64,000 nt of DNA from Selaginella moellendorffii (Eukaryota; Plantae; Lycopodiophyta), in the NCBI RefSeq assembly GCF_000143415.4, contig NW_003314340.1, forward strand, positions 193,141-257,140, read 5' to 3'. A program made the translations under genes and the position numbers. This document shows, in pieces, positions 45,801 through 58,049 of this stretch. The notes under the pieces were generated by a model, which saw nothing but the letters and a program-made list of their open reading frames with translations, was not told the DNA's origin and did not search any database. How positions within the stretch are numbered: the first letter of the stretch is position 1; each line of letters begins with the position of its first letter.

Positions 45801-47789
45801 CTCATACAACAAATGTCCACGAGAACTCAGACAACAAATGTCCACTTCGGAGTTTACAGTGATAGACGACCGTTTTTACATGGAGGTTTGTAAATGTAAG
45901 TCCACTTATCAAGCGGTTCGTGATGGCCAGAGCTCCTTGGCAGTTTGGTTTCATGGAACCCTGAGGATTGGGCACATGGTGGAAAATCACAGTTTTGGAT
46001 CAGCGTGTTGTAAGTCTTCTCTGGAATGAAGAGTGACTGCAGTAAAATTCAACATCGCCTCACATGTCATGAGCAGGATCAGTCCATGCATTCCCGAACT
46101 GCAGTATAAAAGGTTCTCTTTTGTGTTGTCCATTTCACACTATCTTACTGAGAATCCTTTCAGGTTGATGATGTTCTTACCATCAATGTGGTCCAAAATT
46201 TTCATAAGTGACCTGCTTATGGCTTGATCACGGTGACTTGGTAGCATATCTTACCAGAGCAGCTCTCCCCCACCAATTCCTTGAGTACTCCGGAAAGTTT
46301 TTAAACCACTCAAGCAGGAATTCGAGACTATTAGAGGCTACACAAGAATTCTCATAAGGAAAGAAAGTCAATTTTCACTTAAATGCTATTATTAATCATC
46401 CCAAATCAGAGGTGATGTTGGTGTAAGGGAAACCAGTGCTATGAGGAGACTTGCTTATAAAAATCTTCAAATGTATAATAGGCACATACATCCGTTAACG
46501 TGTCCGTTAACGGACACGTGGAAGAATGTTTGACCAACTTGTGTCATTATTTTGTGTTTGGGTTCAAAGCTTAAATTTTATACCATATGAGTTGGTGAAG
46601 TATCTATATTTTTACGTTAGACCATCAATTTTATTTGGCTCTATTTTGCTTATTAGTTTTAGGCATATTTATATAGTTTTTTCATTGACATGTCAGTTCC
46701 ACTGTTGCATTTAATCTATGGTATTGGATTATATTGAGTTGTAGACATGAATATTCACTCTTTATTAATGTGTAGCTAGGTATTACTGAAGGATTAATTT
46801 CAAATACTAAATATAGTACTTTTGACTTTGGTTATTTTGGTGTTGAGTAGTGATTCATTCTTATTTTTCTTTAGTTTTGTTTTAGTGTTGATGATATTAA
46901 AGTAATGTTTTATGAAATATTTCTCCATGGATAAATTTTCCATCTGTGATGATTTAAATGGTTGGTGATCAATTGCTTTCTTTAGATATCAACATTTAGT
47001 TTTACTAGTATTGATAAAGATGATATTGATGATTTGGCTATACATTTGTGTTATTAATATTTGTGCATTTTGCTCGTTTACAATTAATTATATTGATGTT
47101 CAAATGAGTTGAGTGGCAAGTTGGGGTAATTGTTGTTGGATCTGATTTGAGGGTATTGATCATTGATGATTTTGATTGCCCTTGATATTAACAAATGGAT
47201 TCATATATGATCAATTTGGTGATTATTTATTAAGTATAATTTTATCATATTTAAGCCATAATATTCTTAATTTGATCCACTCCGACATATTTGGCTCTGC
47301 ACAAAGCAAAAAACTTTGGAAACAAACACCAAATTGCATCACTAACTCAGATAACCCTTAATAAAGATAATGCAATTATTAGAAGATATCATTATAATCA
47401 TTAGTATATTCAAATACACACTTGAAGACATATGAGAGAATGCTTTAACCTACATGAGTGGTTGCACTTAAATTATTATACCATCCCAATGCCATCATTT
47501 GGAAGCACATGGGAAATTCATGTAAATATTGAGCATCATCCAAAAAATGATAGATAATAATCATTGTAAAGTGATCAAATCAATAAAAACATTTTAGTGA
47601 ACAAAAAGTTTGGCAACAAGAGTAAGAAGAGTTTTACCACATGTTGTAAATGCTATCATTAATTAAATTTGATGATTTAACTACAACTACATAGCATTGA
47701 ATAATTGCATTTACTGTTACTTCAAAAAGTACTATTTTGCCATGAAGATGAACAAAAAAGAAAAAAAAAACAAAATAGAAGAAATTGAA
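42814..47789. repeat. Left arm of a ~5-kb inverted duplication
   Basis: Reverse complement of ~52344-57383, colinear throughout (e.g. ORF pairs 44175-44504/55691-56020, 46033-46227/53884-54081, 46526-46714/53316-53600). Confidence 0.92.
44175..44408 (-). CDS. Secreted 10-Cys hevein-like (CBM18) peptide, copy 1
   Basis: [77 protein letters not shown]; TATA box at 44478-44485. Confidence 0.9.
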   Translation of the reverse strand: MASLRAFAAFFLCMLVVAMVEHANVVEAQCGTSGPCCGRQGRGRRCNSGLCCSQFGYCGSTSEYCGAGCQRGYGRCN

Positions 47790-47991
47790 GTGCTGGCAGT
47801 GATGCCATTCGTGCCGGATGATGTGGCACTAGGGACGCTAGTGGGGCGTGCTAGATGCAGAGTGATGTGAGGCAAGGGGAGAGTGTGGGGGGTCTGGTGC
47901 TGGAGATGGAGCAGCGCAGCCCATCCAGGTAATTGACGAAAACAGCAGCACTCCTGTCTCCAATCTATCACGTTTGTTTGAAGTTTTTGCA

Positions 47992-48223
47992 ATGGCATCC
48001 TTCCGAGCTTTTGCTGCTCTCTTCTTGTGTGTGCTCGTAGTTGCAATGGTGGAGCATGCCACTGTGGTGGTGCAAGCTCAAGGATCCTGTGCAAGTGGGC
48101 CTTGTTGCAGTGCTCAGGGTGGTGGACGCGTCTGGCCTGTGCTGCAGCCAGTTTGGTTTCTGTGGATCTTCAAACAATCACTGTGGTTTGGGATGCTAGA
48201 GGGGATATGGCAGCAGCAGCTAG
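47992..48223 (+). pseudogene. Third hevein-like peptide paralogue, disrupted
   Basis: [22 protein letters not shown]...SCASGPCC, frameshift at ~48130, then [26 protein letters not shown]. Confidence 0.85.
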
Positions 48224-48524
48224 AGCTAAAACACAACACCAGATGCTGCTGCAATCTCCTGTTGCAAATCGCAGCTGAATAAGTTGTTTCGCTTTACAAT
48301 AATTAATGTAAGTGTGGTTGAAAGTTCTATGCTGGAACTCTGAGATTTTCAGCAAGGAAATTGGATGACTAGTCTTGACCAAGTTGCCGTGCTCGCAAGA
48401 GAAGTGAACGTTTCAGGTGCGCTAGGAAATCTTTCCATTTGGCTACTTTGACTAGTGGTCAATGATAATTGGATGGAAACGCCAACCAGGTCTTGATCAA
48501 GTCCCAAGAAACTGCAGTCAAGGA

Positions 48525-48930
48525 TTATCGGTGGCCTGTGGCTCCTCGAAGAGGGTTTCCTTCTTCTCTAGACGTCCTCTAGTGGTGATCTTTGTATCGT
48601 TGCCTAGCGCACCAAATTCGAGCCTATCTCAGCCATGGAGCAGTGCTTGAAATGCCAACGAGTCTAGAGCTAGTGGACTCACGCCAAAGTAGATCTCATC
48701 TGCGATATGGTTCCATAGGATGGAGCATTGATCATTAGAAATGCCCCATGTACTTGTGCACGGCTCTCCATCTGGGCTCTGTCACCGCCAGTGTTCTTGG
48801 CACAGATCGTTTGATGTTTGTTCTTGCCAGCTGAGTACCTTACTGTGTTATATCTTTCCTTGTTTTTATGACTTGGAAGGAGGGACAATAGGATCCATGA
48901 AGAAAGCAAGTGGTGGAACCACTATCGCTA
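48525..48930 (+). pseudogene. Degenerate fragment of the 41015-42126 gene
   Basis: CTCCTCGAAGAGGG, GGATGGAGCATTGATC, GATCGTTTGATGTTTGTTCTTGCC and GTGGTGGAACCAC match 41325-41950. Confidence 0.75.
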
Positions 48931-49839
48931 GTGATCTATATCCAGAAAACCTTAGATCATACAAGGTCCTGAATTCTTTGCAAACCGTTTTCATTTAAAA
49001 TGGTAAATAAATAAAATTAATGTTTGAAAGTAGAAGTTTTAGTGTTATATTAAAACACTAAATAATTAAATAATTTTTTAAATATTCTTTTAAAATTAAA
49101 AATTATAATATGTATATGTTTATTTAATGTTGAAAGAAGCATTTTCACATAAATATTTTACTTTAAACATTAGTATAATACACATGAATTTGTCATAACA
49201 AAGATTGTTAAAATATGTGATAAACTAAGTACTATTGGAGTGTGTGGCCAATTAAAGTGGTGGTGGAACAATCAATGAAGAGGAATAAAATAAAATATGC
49301 CAATGTAAATAGAAACAAATAAATAAATATAGGTTATTTAATAATAAATATAACAACAAAAAATAATTTTAAAATTTTCAATAATTTTCTTTATATTATG
49401 ATTGATTAATCAAAATATAAGTATTATCTATATCTTACAAATTTTTATTTTATACAAAAATTCCTTATAAAACCTTTATTAAAAGACATTTAACCTTATC
49501 TTTTTTATATTATTTTATTTTATATAAGTAATAGTAATATGTTTTTAATTAAGTCCAACTGTATTATTTTTCTATCTTTTAGACCATATTTGTGCTTGTT
49601 TTTTAATACTAAATTAAAATAAAATAAAATCTAATAATATTTTATAAACTTCACAATATAAAAGAACTAAATTTGAATGCAAAAGCTTTATTCTAAATTA
49701 AAACATTAAATATATAAATATTCATTCGTTCAAATAATCATATATACTATATATAAAATATAAATATTTTGTTTCTTAAATGTTGAAATTAAAATAATTA
49801 TTTTAACATAAATATATATTAAATATTACGATTCTCTCT

Positions 49840-51410
49840 TTAGGGCTTGACCATGTTGGCTAGAAGTGAGAGCCACGAAGACGAGCTATCCCCATCTATA
49901 CGGAGGAGATCCCTGGCCACCACCACTCCCCGCGCGACATCCTCGTGAGTCCTACACGCCGCCATCAAGCTCACCCTGGCCGCGGCGTCGCCCGGGAAGG
50001 GCATCGCCTTGAGCAGCTCCTGGGCGTCGCCCAATCGCCCGCACCGCGCCAGGACGTCGATCACACTGCTGTAGTGATCGTGGCTCGGGGAGTCGATCGT
50101 CCCGGCGAAATCGCCGCTCGCGATCGACGCGAAGCAGCAGCACGCGGCGCGCGAATCGCCGCCGTGGCTCAGCGCCGCCAGCACGCTCTTGATCGTCGTG
50201 GCGTCCGCGGCCACGCCCTCGAGCAGCATCTCCTGGAAGAGATCTAGCGCAGCGGCGCCGCCTGGCCGCCGCCCATACGCCGCCACCATCGCATTCCACG
50301 ACGCGGGATCCTTCTCGGGCATGGCGTCGAAGAACACCCTCGCGCGATCAATGTGGCCGGATTGGGAGAAGATCGCGACGGCGGCGGTGAGGGTGATGAG
50401 ATCCCAGGCGGGCATCCGGTGGAGGAGGAGATCCGAACTCTCGAAGCTCTGGGCGCTGGCGGCGAGCATCGCGTTCCAGGAGGCGATGTTCTTCCCGGGC
50501 ATCGCGACAAAGATCTTGCGCGCGGCGGCGGCGGAGTCTCGCGCATGTGCTCGCAGCAGCGCTGTCCACGACACGATGCTCCACTGCGGCATCTTGTGGA
50601 AGATGGCAGTGGCGGCGCCAAGGTGGCCGGAGTCGCCATAGCCGCCCACCATCGCCGTCCACGCCGCCACGCTCCGGATCTCCGCGAGGGAATCGAATGC
50701 GTTCTTGGCGGCCTCGAGCTGGCTGATTTGGATGTGTTTTTGCAGCGTTGCGAGGTTGGAGACGCTGTTCCAGGCGGGCATTTTATCGCGGATCGCTAGA
50801 AACTCTTGGTTTTCTTCTCTAGAGGCATTTGCTTGGAGAAGGCACGTCCAGCTCACAATGTCTCGGTTGGTCATCTCGTCAAAAAGGCATCTTGCGTCAT
50901 TAACAAGGCCTCGGTCTCCTAGAGCGGCTAGAACAGTGTTGCAGGACACGGAGTCTTTAACCGGCATCTTAGAGAACAAATCCTTCATTTTTTGCAGATG
51001 CCCGTGCACGGCATATGCTGCAAGCATGGCATTCCATGACACTTGATCGTACATGGGCATTCTTTGATAGATTAGCCCAACTTGTGAGAAGCAGTCTCTT
51101 GTTATCATGGTGTTCCAGGAAACGAGACTTTCAGGGCATCACATAAAAAATCTCCTGGGCTTTAAGTGTTTGCCCGCACTTGGCATATGCTAGGAGGAGA
51201 ATGTTACACAAGATTGCGTTCCACTGCGGCGAGGCGTTGAACATTTCTATGAGATTTTCGAGGTAACCATTGTCTCCGTACATTTTAAGCATGACGCCCC
51301 ACGTCACGGCGTTCTTTTGTTGCATATCATCAAAAGAAGACTTTGCCAGAGAAAAATGCCCATTATGGGCATAAGTTACTAGCAGAAAATTCCTCGACTT
51401 TAGCATAACC
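49840..51410 (-). pseudogene. PPR (short-motif-rich, E-type) gene, broken near 51110-51131
   Basis: ORFs 51131-51424 and 49840-51108 are both PPR-like; degenerate E domain HYSSVIDVLARCGRLGDA; no DYW. Confidence 0.75.
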
Positions 51411-51449
51411 CTAAACCCTTCCACGTATAATTTCAGTTTCTTTGATGTT

Positions 51450-51640
51450 TCTCGAGGTACTCCTTCCTATGATCGATCCAGTAAAAGGAGGGACAAAGTT
51501 GACTATATGATCCACAAGGACGGAAAAAAAAAACCTGGATCAGCGGCAGAAGCTAGTTTTCTCGCGGGCACTGGCTACATGGCAAAACTGTTTTGACAAT
51601 TCCAACGCTACGCAGGTTGACGCTAAGATAAATCTCGTAG
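51450..51640 (+). pseudogene. Fourth fragment of the 41015-42126 gene (3' part)
   Basis: TCGAGGTACT..TATGATCGATCCA, AAGGAGGGACAA.GTTGACTA, GCGGGCACTGGCTACATG and TTGACAATTCCAACG match 41825-42160. Confidence 0.65.
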
Positions 51641-52343
51641 ATTTTTCTATCACAACTAACTTGGTGTTGTTCACTTTAGGCTATTGTTAAGAAAAGTCTT
51701 CATCTCGGGTCATTAATTGTTGCGTTTGGAAGTTTGCTTGCAGCATTGGCAACACTTGGAGACACAATGTTCCATGCTGGTATCCTTTTGCTAGAGAGGC
51801 ATAACACCCGGGTTGTTGCAAATTATTCTGTAGGTCCAATTACAACTCTCCACATGCCCATCCCACTGCTGCTAGTGTGCCAGGAAATGCGGCAAGGTCA
51901 CCAGTCTCAAGAGCCTGATAGCAATTCCGATGGACAGGAAAGAAAGATTCTTTAGAAAGATTCTGCTTGTAAAGATTCTTTAGAAAGTTTAAGTTATTGT
52001 ATGAATATTTTATTATTTTTGTTGTTAATGTTATTATTAATATAGCAGTATTAGTTATTTTCATGACTAACAAGTTAGATTTTAGTAATTATATTCATTT
52101 TTAAATAAGAACATTTTACATATATAATAGCCTAAAAATGATAATATAATGTTTCTGTAAAGTCTAAGTGTACAAATACAATGCCATATGTTAATATTAG
52201 CGTAGTAAGATCTTGATCTTTTGGTTTTTTTGTATTCTTTTTCCATACTCCACTCACATTGGTGGAGGTGAGTGCTTTGATTTTGAATTTTGGTTTAAAT
52301 TTGGTTTTTACATTTTTTTAAAATTTCACTTTCTTTATAGTTT

Positions 52344-55300
52344 TTTCAATTTCTTTTATTTGTTTTTTTTTTCCCTTTTTGTTCATCTTTATCGCAAAGC
52401 AATAGTTTCCTCCTTTTTCGACTCTAGAGCAATAATTAGTGGAATTATTTGATGCTATATAGTTGTAGTTAAACCATTAAACTTAATTAATGATAACATT
52501 TACAACACATCGTAAAACTCTTTTTACTCTTATTGCCAATCCTTGTGTCCACCAAGATTTTTTTTATAGGAACTCTAGGGATGGTATGTACTATTGATTT
52601 GATCACTTTACAATGATTACTATCTATCATTTTTTGGATAATGCTCGGCATTTACATGAGTTTCCCATGTGCTTCCAAAAGATAGCATTGTTGTGTTACA
52701 ATAGTTTAAATGCAGCCACTCATGCAGATTGAAGCATTCTCTCATATATCTTCAAGTGCATATTTGAACATGCTAATGATTATAATAATATCTTTTAATA
52801 TTTATCAAGGAGTGATGTAATTTGGTGTTTGCTTCTAAAAGCCTCTTGCTTTGTGCAAAGCCAAATATATTGGAGCAGATTAAATTGAAAATATTATGCC
52901 TAAATATGTAATCACAAAATTGATCTTATATGAATCCATCTATTAATATCAAGGGCAATCAGAATCATTAATGATCCATACCCTCAAATCAAATTCAACA
53001 ATAGTTACCTCAACTTGCCACTCAACTCATTTCAACATTAATATAGTTCACAAATGCATATCCAAATCATCAATATCATCTTCATCAATACTAGCAAAAC
53101 TAAATGTCAATATCTAAAGAAAGCAATTGATCACTAAACATTTAAATCATCACAGATGGAAAATTTAACTTTCTTAATATATCCATGGAGAAATATTTCA
53201 TAAAACATTACTTTAATATCATCAACATTAAAACAAAGCTAAAGAAAAATAAGAGTGAATCACTACTCAACACTAAGATAACCAAAGTTGAAAGTACTAT
53301 ATTTAGTATCTGAAACTAATCTTTCAGTAAGCTCCACGTAATAAAGAGTGAATATTCATGTCTACAACTCAATGTAATCCAATACCATAAATTAAATGCA
53401 ACAATGGAACTGACATGACAATATGAAAAAACTATATAAATATGCCTAAAACTAATATGCAAAATAGAGCCAAATAAAATTGATGGTTTAACATAAAAAT
53501 ATAAATACTTCACCAACTCATATAGTATAAAGCTTAAGCTTTGAAACCAAACACAAAATAACAACAAACACACTCCCACATAATGTCTCAAGTTAGTCAA
53601 ATATACTTAATTTACCCATTATCCCTATTATACATTTGAAGTTATAAGCAAGTCTCCTCATAGCACTAGTTTCCCTTACACCAACATCACCTCCGATTTG
53701 GGATGATTAATAATAGCATTTAAGTGAAAATTAACTTTCTATCCTTATGAGAATTCTTGTGTAGCCTCCAATAGTCTCCAATTCCTGCTTGAGTGGTTTA
53801 GAAACTTTCCAGAGTACTCAAGGAATGAGTTGTACTTGTTGGGGTGAGCTGCTCTGGTAAGTTATGCTACCAAGTCACTGTGATCAAGCCATAAGCAGGT
53901 CACTAATGAAAATTCTGGACCACATTGCCCATGGTAAGAACATCATCAACCTGAAAGGATTCTCAGTAAGATATTGTGAAATGGACAACACAAAAGAGCA
54001 CCTTTTATACCGCAGTTCGGGAATGCATGGACTGATCGTGCTCATGACATGTGAGGCGATGTTGAATTTTACTGCAGTCACTCTTCATTCCAGAGAAGAC
54101 TTACAACACACTGATCCAAAACTGTGATTTTTCCACCATGCGCCCAATCCTCAGGGTTCCATGAAACCAAACTGTCAAGGAGCTTTGGCCATCACGAACC
54201 GCTTGATAAGTGGACTTACATTTACAAACCTCCATGTAAAAATCTATCACTGTAAACTCCGAAGTGGACATTTATTGACTGAGTTCTCGTGGACATTTGT
54301 TGTATGAGTTCTCCGGGAAAGACGTTCAGAGTCGTTCACGCACGACAGAGACATCACCAAGGCATCTAGTTAATGCTACAAAAATATAAAAACATACCTT
54401 TGATATGAACTTGCTTCAACTCGGACCCCTCTTGATGAGTACGAGTACTTGTATTATAATTCCGCCCAAACGAATGGATATATCCGATCAACAGGGCGTG
54501 AATCTTTGAGCCTTGCAAGTAACAGCCTTGCACACTTGACGCTGCCTAGAAGATATGTTCGTGTTGCCCCTCATCGTTTAGCCAGAAGTCGCCCGTCATT
54601 GGAGCGTATGCTAGAAAATCCTCTGAAACATGATAGAATTAGATAAGCCAGAGCAAACGGAAAGCAAAGTCAAGAATTACCTAAGAGTGGCCTCGGTTCT
54701 TGAGTATGAATAGGCTCCTCAACATCGATGCTCCTCCTCGTCGCATGTGGTGTCCATTTGATCCGTCAACCTCTGGCGCGGCTCCACGGCAACCGACCTC
54801 TCCAACTGTGCTCTCTCATCGGTTCTCCTCGACTTCTCTTCCGCCTCAGCCTTCATCTTTCGACGTTCCTCGTTTAGCCTCCCCAAAGCTTTGCGTCTGA
54901 TACACGTCTAGATCAGCTCGAGCCTTTTAGCAATCTCAACAGAGCCTCGAAGGCTGGCAAGAAGATAATGTTGGTGATTTTTTTTCATCAAAGCGTTCCC
55001 TCCTGTGGGTTGCTGCTCCCTTCTATCAACTTCTGTCTCAGAGTTGACTGATTCCGCAGCTGGTGTGTGGGCTTGCGCTGCTTTAGCTGCCCGAGTACCT
55101 GTTACTGCTACCTGCGATTTTGCTTCAACCTATTTTGGTTTCTCCCCAACAATGCATAGTATAAACCAACCACAAACTTACAAGCGAGCGGCATTTCCAT
55201 TGCACAGAAGACTGCCTCGCACCCTGTCTAATGATGCTTTATTTAAATGCAGTCTTTTGAAGATAGCTGGCTGAATATTGTGCCATGTCCCTACATTAGG

Positions 55301-57383
55301 AAGGAGCATGGTCTTCGTGGTTTTCAAAACAATCTGAACTTGAGTTTACTGATTTGGTTAATGTCCTTCACAGGATTCAACCCGCGTGTCCTTACGGAGC
55401 TTCGGTCAATGGTCAAGCGATGAGGTCACAAGTGTCACACTTCAAATGCAAATATGTCATGGCCACAGACCTGATAGCGACACGGTGTCGCCTTCCTCCA
55501 GATTTTCGTCTTGTGGTGCGAAAAATTCAATAGGGTTTGTCGCCCTATGGGCGAAATCGAGAGACTGGTAGATCATGGAGCCAAAGTCTTTCCAGAAACT
55601 GGTAGATCATGGAGCTAAAGTCTTTTAGCAAATATGTAATTGCGATGCGAACAAAACTGCGCTCTAGGTTTTCAAAAGATGTGATGGACTTTGCTTGCAA
55701 CCCCCCCGCTATATAAATGCGCCCCGCCTCTCCATTCAATCAAACACTGCTCAGCTCTATCCATAGTTAAAGTGCTACTGTTTGCAATGGCGTCCCTTCG
55801 TGCTTTCGCTGCTTTCTTCTTGTGCATGCTCGTTGTTGCAATGGTGGAGCACGCCAATGTGGTGGAAGCTCAATGTGATACAAGCGGTCCCTGTTGCGGT
55901 CGTCAGGGTAGAGGACGCCGCTGCAACTCGGGCCTGTGCTGCAGCCAGTTTGGCTACTGCGGATCGACATCTGAGTACTGTGGCGCGGGCTGCCAGCGCG
56001 GCTATGGGAGATGCAACTAAATATTCCATCTAATGTGCTAGACACCTGCAACATGAAAGTTGCGAGTAATATCTAATTAAGCACTGGTGTCCTCTATTCT
56101 CTTTTTATATATATGGTGTGATGTTTGCTATGTTACCAAGCTGAACGCATTAAAAATCTCATCCAATGCAATCTCCTTCATCAATGACGCCCAATGCACT
56201 GCAGGTTAGTATGGTGGATTCCTTCTACTGCATGGAAAGCTTTTTTAGATGCCACACTTGATCGTTCTTTTACAGCTTTCATCTGAATTGGACCTGCTAG
56301 TTCTCCCTTGGCTTGGCATTCAAATGAAGCAATGAAGAGAAAGGATACAGGAGCGGCCTTCCTTACAATATGTTGATCTTAGATTGACTTTTTATTCAGG
56401 GCTTCAATGTAGAAATTGCAGTGATCTGTTGAGTGCTAGAGCAGTAGCACACATGTAGACGGACATCCTCTCTTTTTGCATCAGCTGTTTTTTAAGGCAG
56501 ACTGTAAGAAGTTATACTGTTCTGTTACGTGGCACTTTGCAGGAACGTCAGCATTTTTTAGCACATATGAGCATTACTATCACACTAACTCATCTTCTAG
56601 CTGCGCAGCTAAGAGATGAGCTAGTGCAATAGCAATAACAAGTTGAGTCCAACCTGAAGGACTGGGCTGTGATTCCCATAAAAAACATTTTGGTTTTACC
56701 AAGCAAGGTTGGCTCTATGGTAGGATAATAGTTGCAATGGCTTCAATGTCAATATCTTTTTTTGATGATATTCCTACAAGAGATTGGGGATTTTTTGCAG
56801 GGCTGATTCAAATTGCCAGACATAGAGCTGGCAGGAGTGGATTTACTGGAAAGAAAGCTTTTTATAAAAGTCTTACACCGGCAAAAACGTGCAATAGAAA
56901 GGTGAATCAAGACTCAAGAATCTAGACAATCTTAACACAAATTCTAGGTTACAAATAGCAGTTTCTAGCATTGAAGCCAGATTTTACAACTCGCTTTTGA
57001 GAATGGAAGGGAGAGCACTAAAAACTAACTTCTCCAAGGGGAGCATGATCCTGAGCCACCATAGCTTGCTCCACCATTGTAAGCATGCAAGAAGGCAGAA
57101 GAAGATAGGGAAAAGCATTATGAACCTGAAGAGTGCGAGAGAAATAAAAGCTACAATGGATAGCCATTAAAAAACTACACTTCTTGAACCTTGACCACAG
57201 TTTTGTCTCTCTACTGTCACAATTACATATCTATGATTCAGGAAGGACATTACTTTATGACCAAACTGGAATCAGTTTCTTGAACATTGTTTTGAAGTGC
57301 ACTTCATATATACTTAAAAGTGATTTGGCTGTCCACGTGGATGGGCTGAGCAAGCTAAAAGTGAGGTTTGATTTCTTTTAGCA
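52344..57383. repeat. Right arm of the ~5-kb inverted duplication
   Basis: Reverse complement of ~42814-47789. Confidence 0.92.
55787..56020 (+). CDS. Secreted 10-Cys hevein-like peptide, copy 2
   Basis: Same protein as copy 1 except G->D (QCDTSGPCC); TATATAAA at 55710-55717. Confidence 0.9.
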   Translation: MASLRAFAAFFLCMLVVAMVEHANVVEAQCDTSGPCCGRQGRGRRCNSGLCCSQFGYCGSTSEYCGAGCQRGYGRCN

Positions 57384-58049
57384 ATGGCGCTGCTGTTACT
57401 TTTGAGCTATGGCACATGCAACTTTGGAGATGCAAGGACAAGCAGCAGTGTCAATGAAGGTCCATCATGGGAGTGTTACAGAAGTAGAAGGTTGCTGTGA
57501 TCATGCCACTGGATGGACAGCAGCATCTATAAAAAGAATCAGATAATAGGGCTAAAAACTAAAAAACACCCAAACTTTTATTACTTATTTTGACAATGCT
57601 TGTTATGTGAAGTGTGAAAGTTTAACTACCCAAATACTCTCCCTGTCTCTCTCTCACACATTCCAATTTTGGTATTTGATGTGGGAATAGTGATTGCCAG
57701 CATTTTTTAAGGACCAAGTGGTGAGTGATCACATGATTAGTCGAACCTCTTTATTTGAAAACTAGATTGCTCCTGCTTTCATAACATCACTTGCACTATT
57801 TTTGCTCCATGTTGAAAATTTCCAACTTTTTGATGCAAACAAGCTTCACTGACTTAGAGATCCTTGCCCTTGATGAGCAGCACAAGGCCTTAGGCAGGTA
57901 GTTTCTTGTTGCAAAGAACAAGCTTAAGGTGGTCATTGACTCCTTAACTAGTTTTGAATCTATTACCGTCATTTCATCCCACCATTTATTACATTCATCA
58001 CCACAAAGTCACAACTAAATCACACACCATTCTCTCTACACACCATTGC

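Noticed and set aside
45000-46480. Coding-looking sequence inside the inverted arms
   Set aside because: Multiple stops in both arms and no family I can recognise; left uncalled.
18627-56020. Chitin/GlcNAc gene cluster (chitinase, AGM, hevein peptides, SYP12)
   Set aside because: Interspersed with unrelated genes and AGM is housekeeping; nothing in the sequence shows co-regulation.
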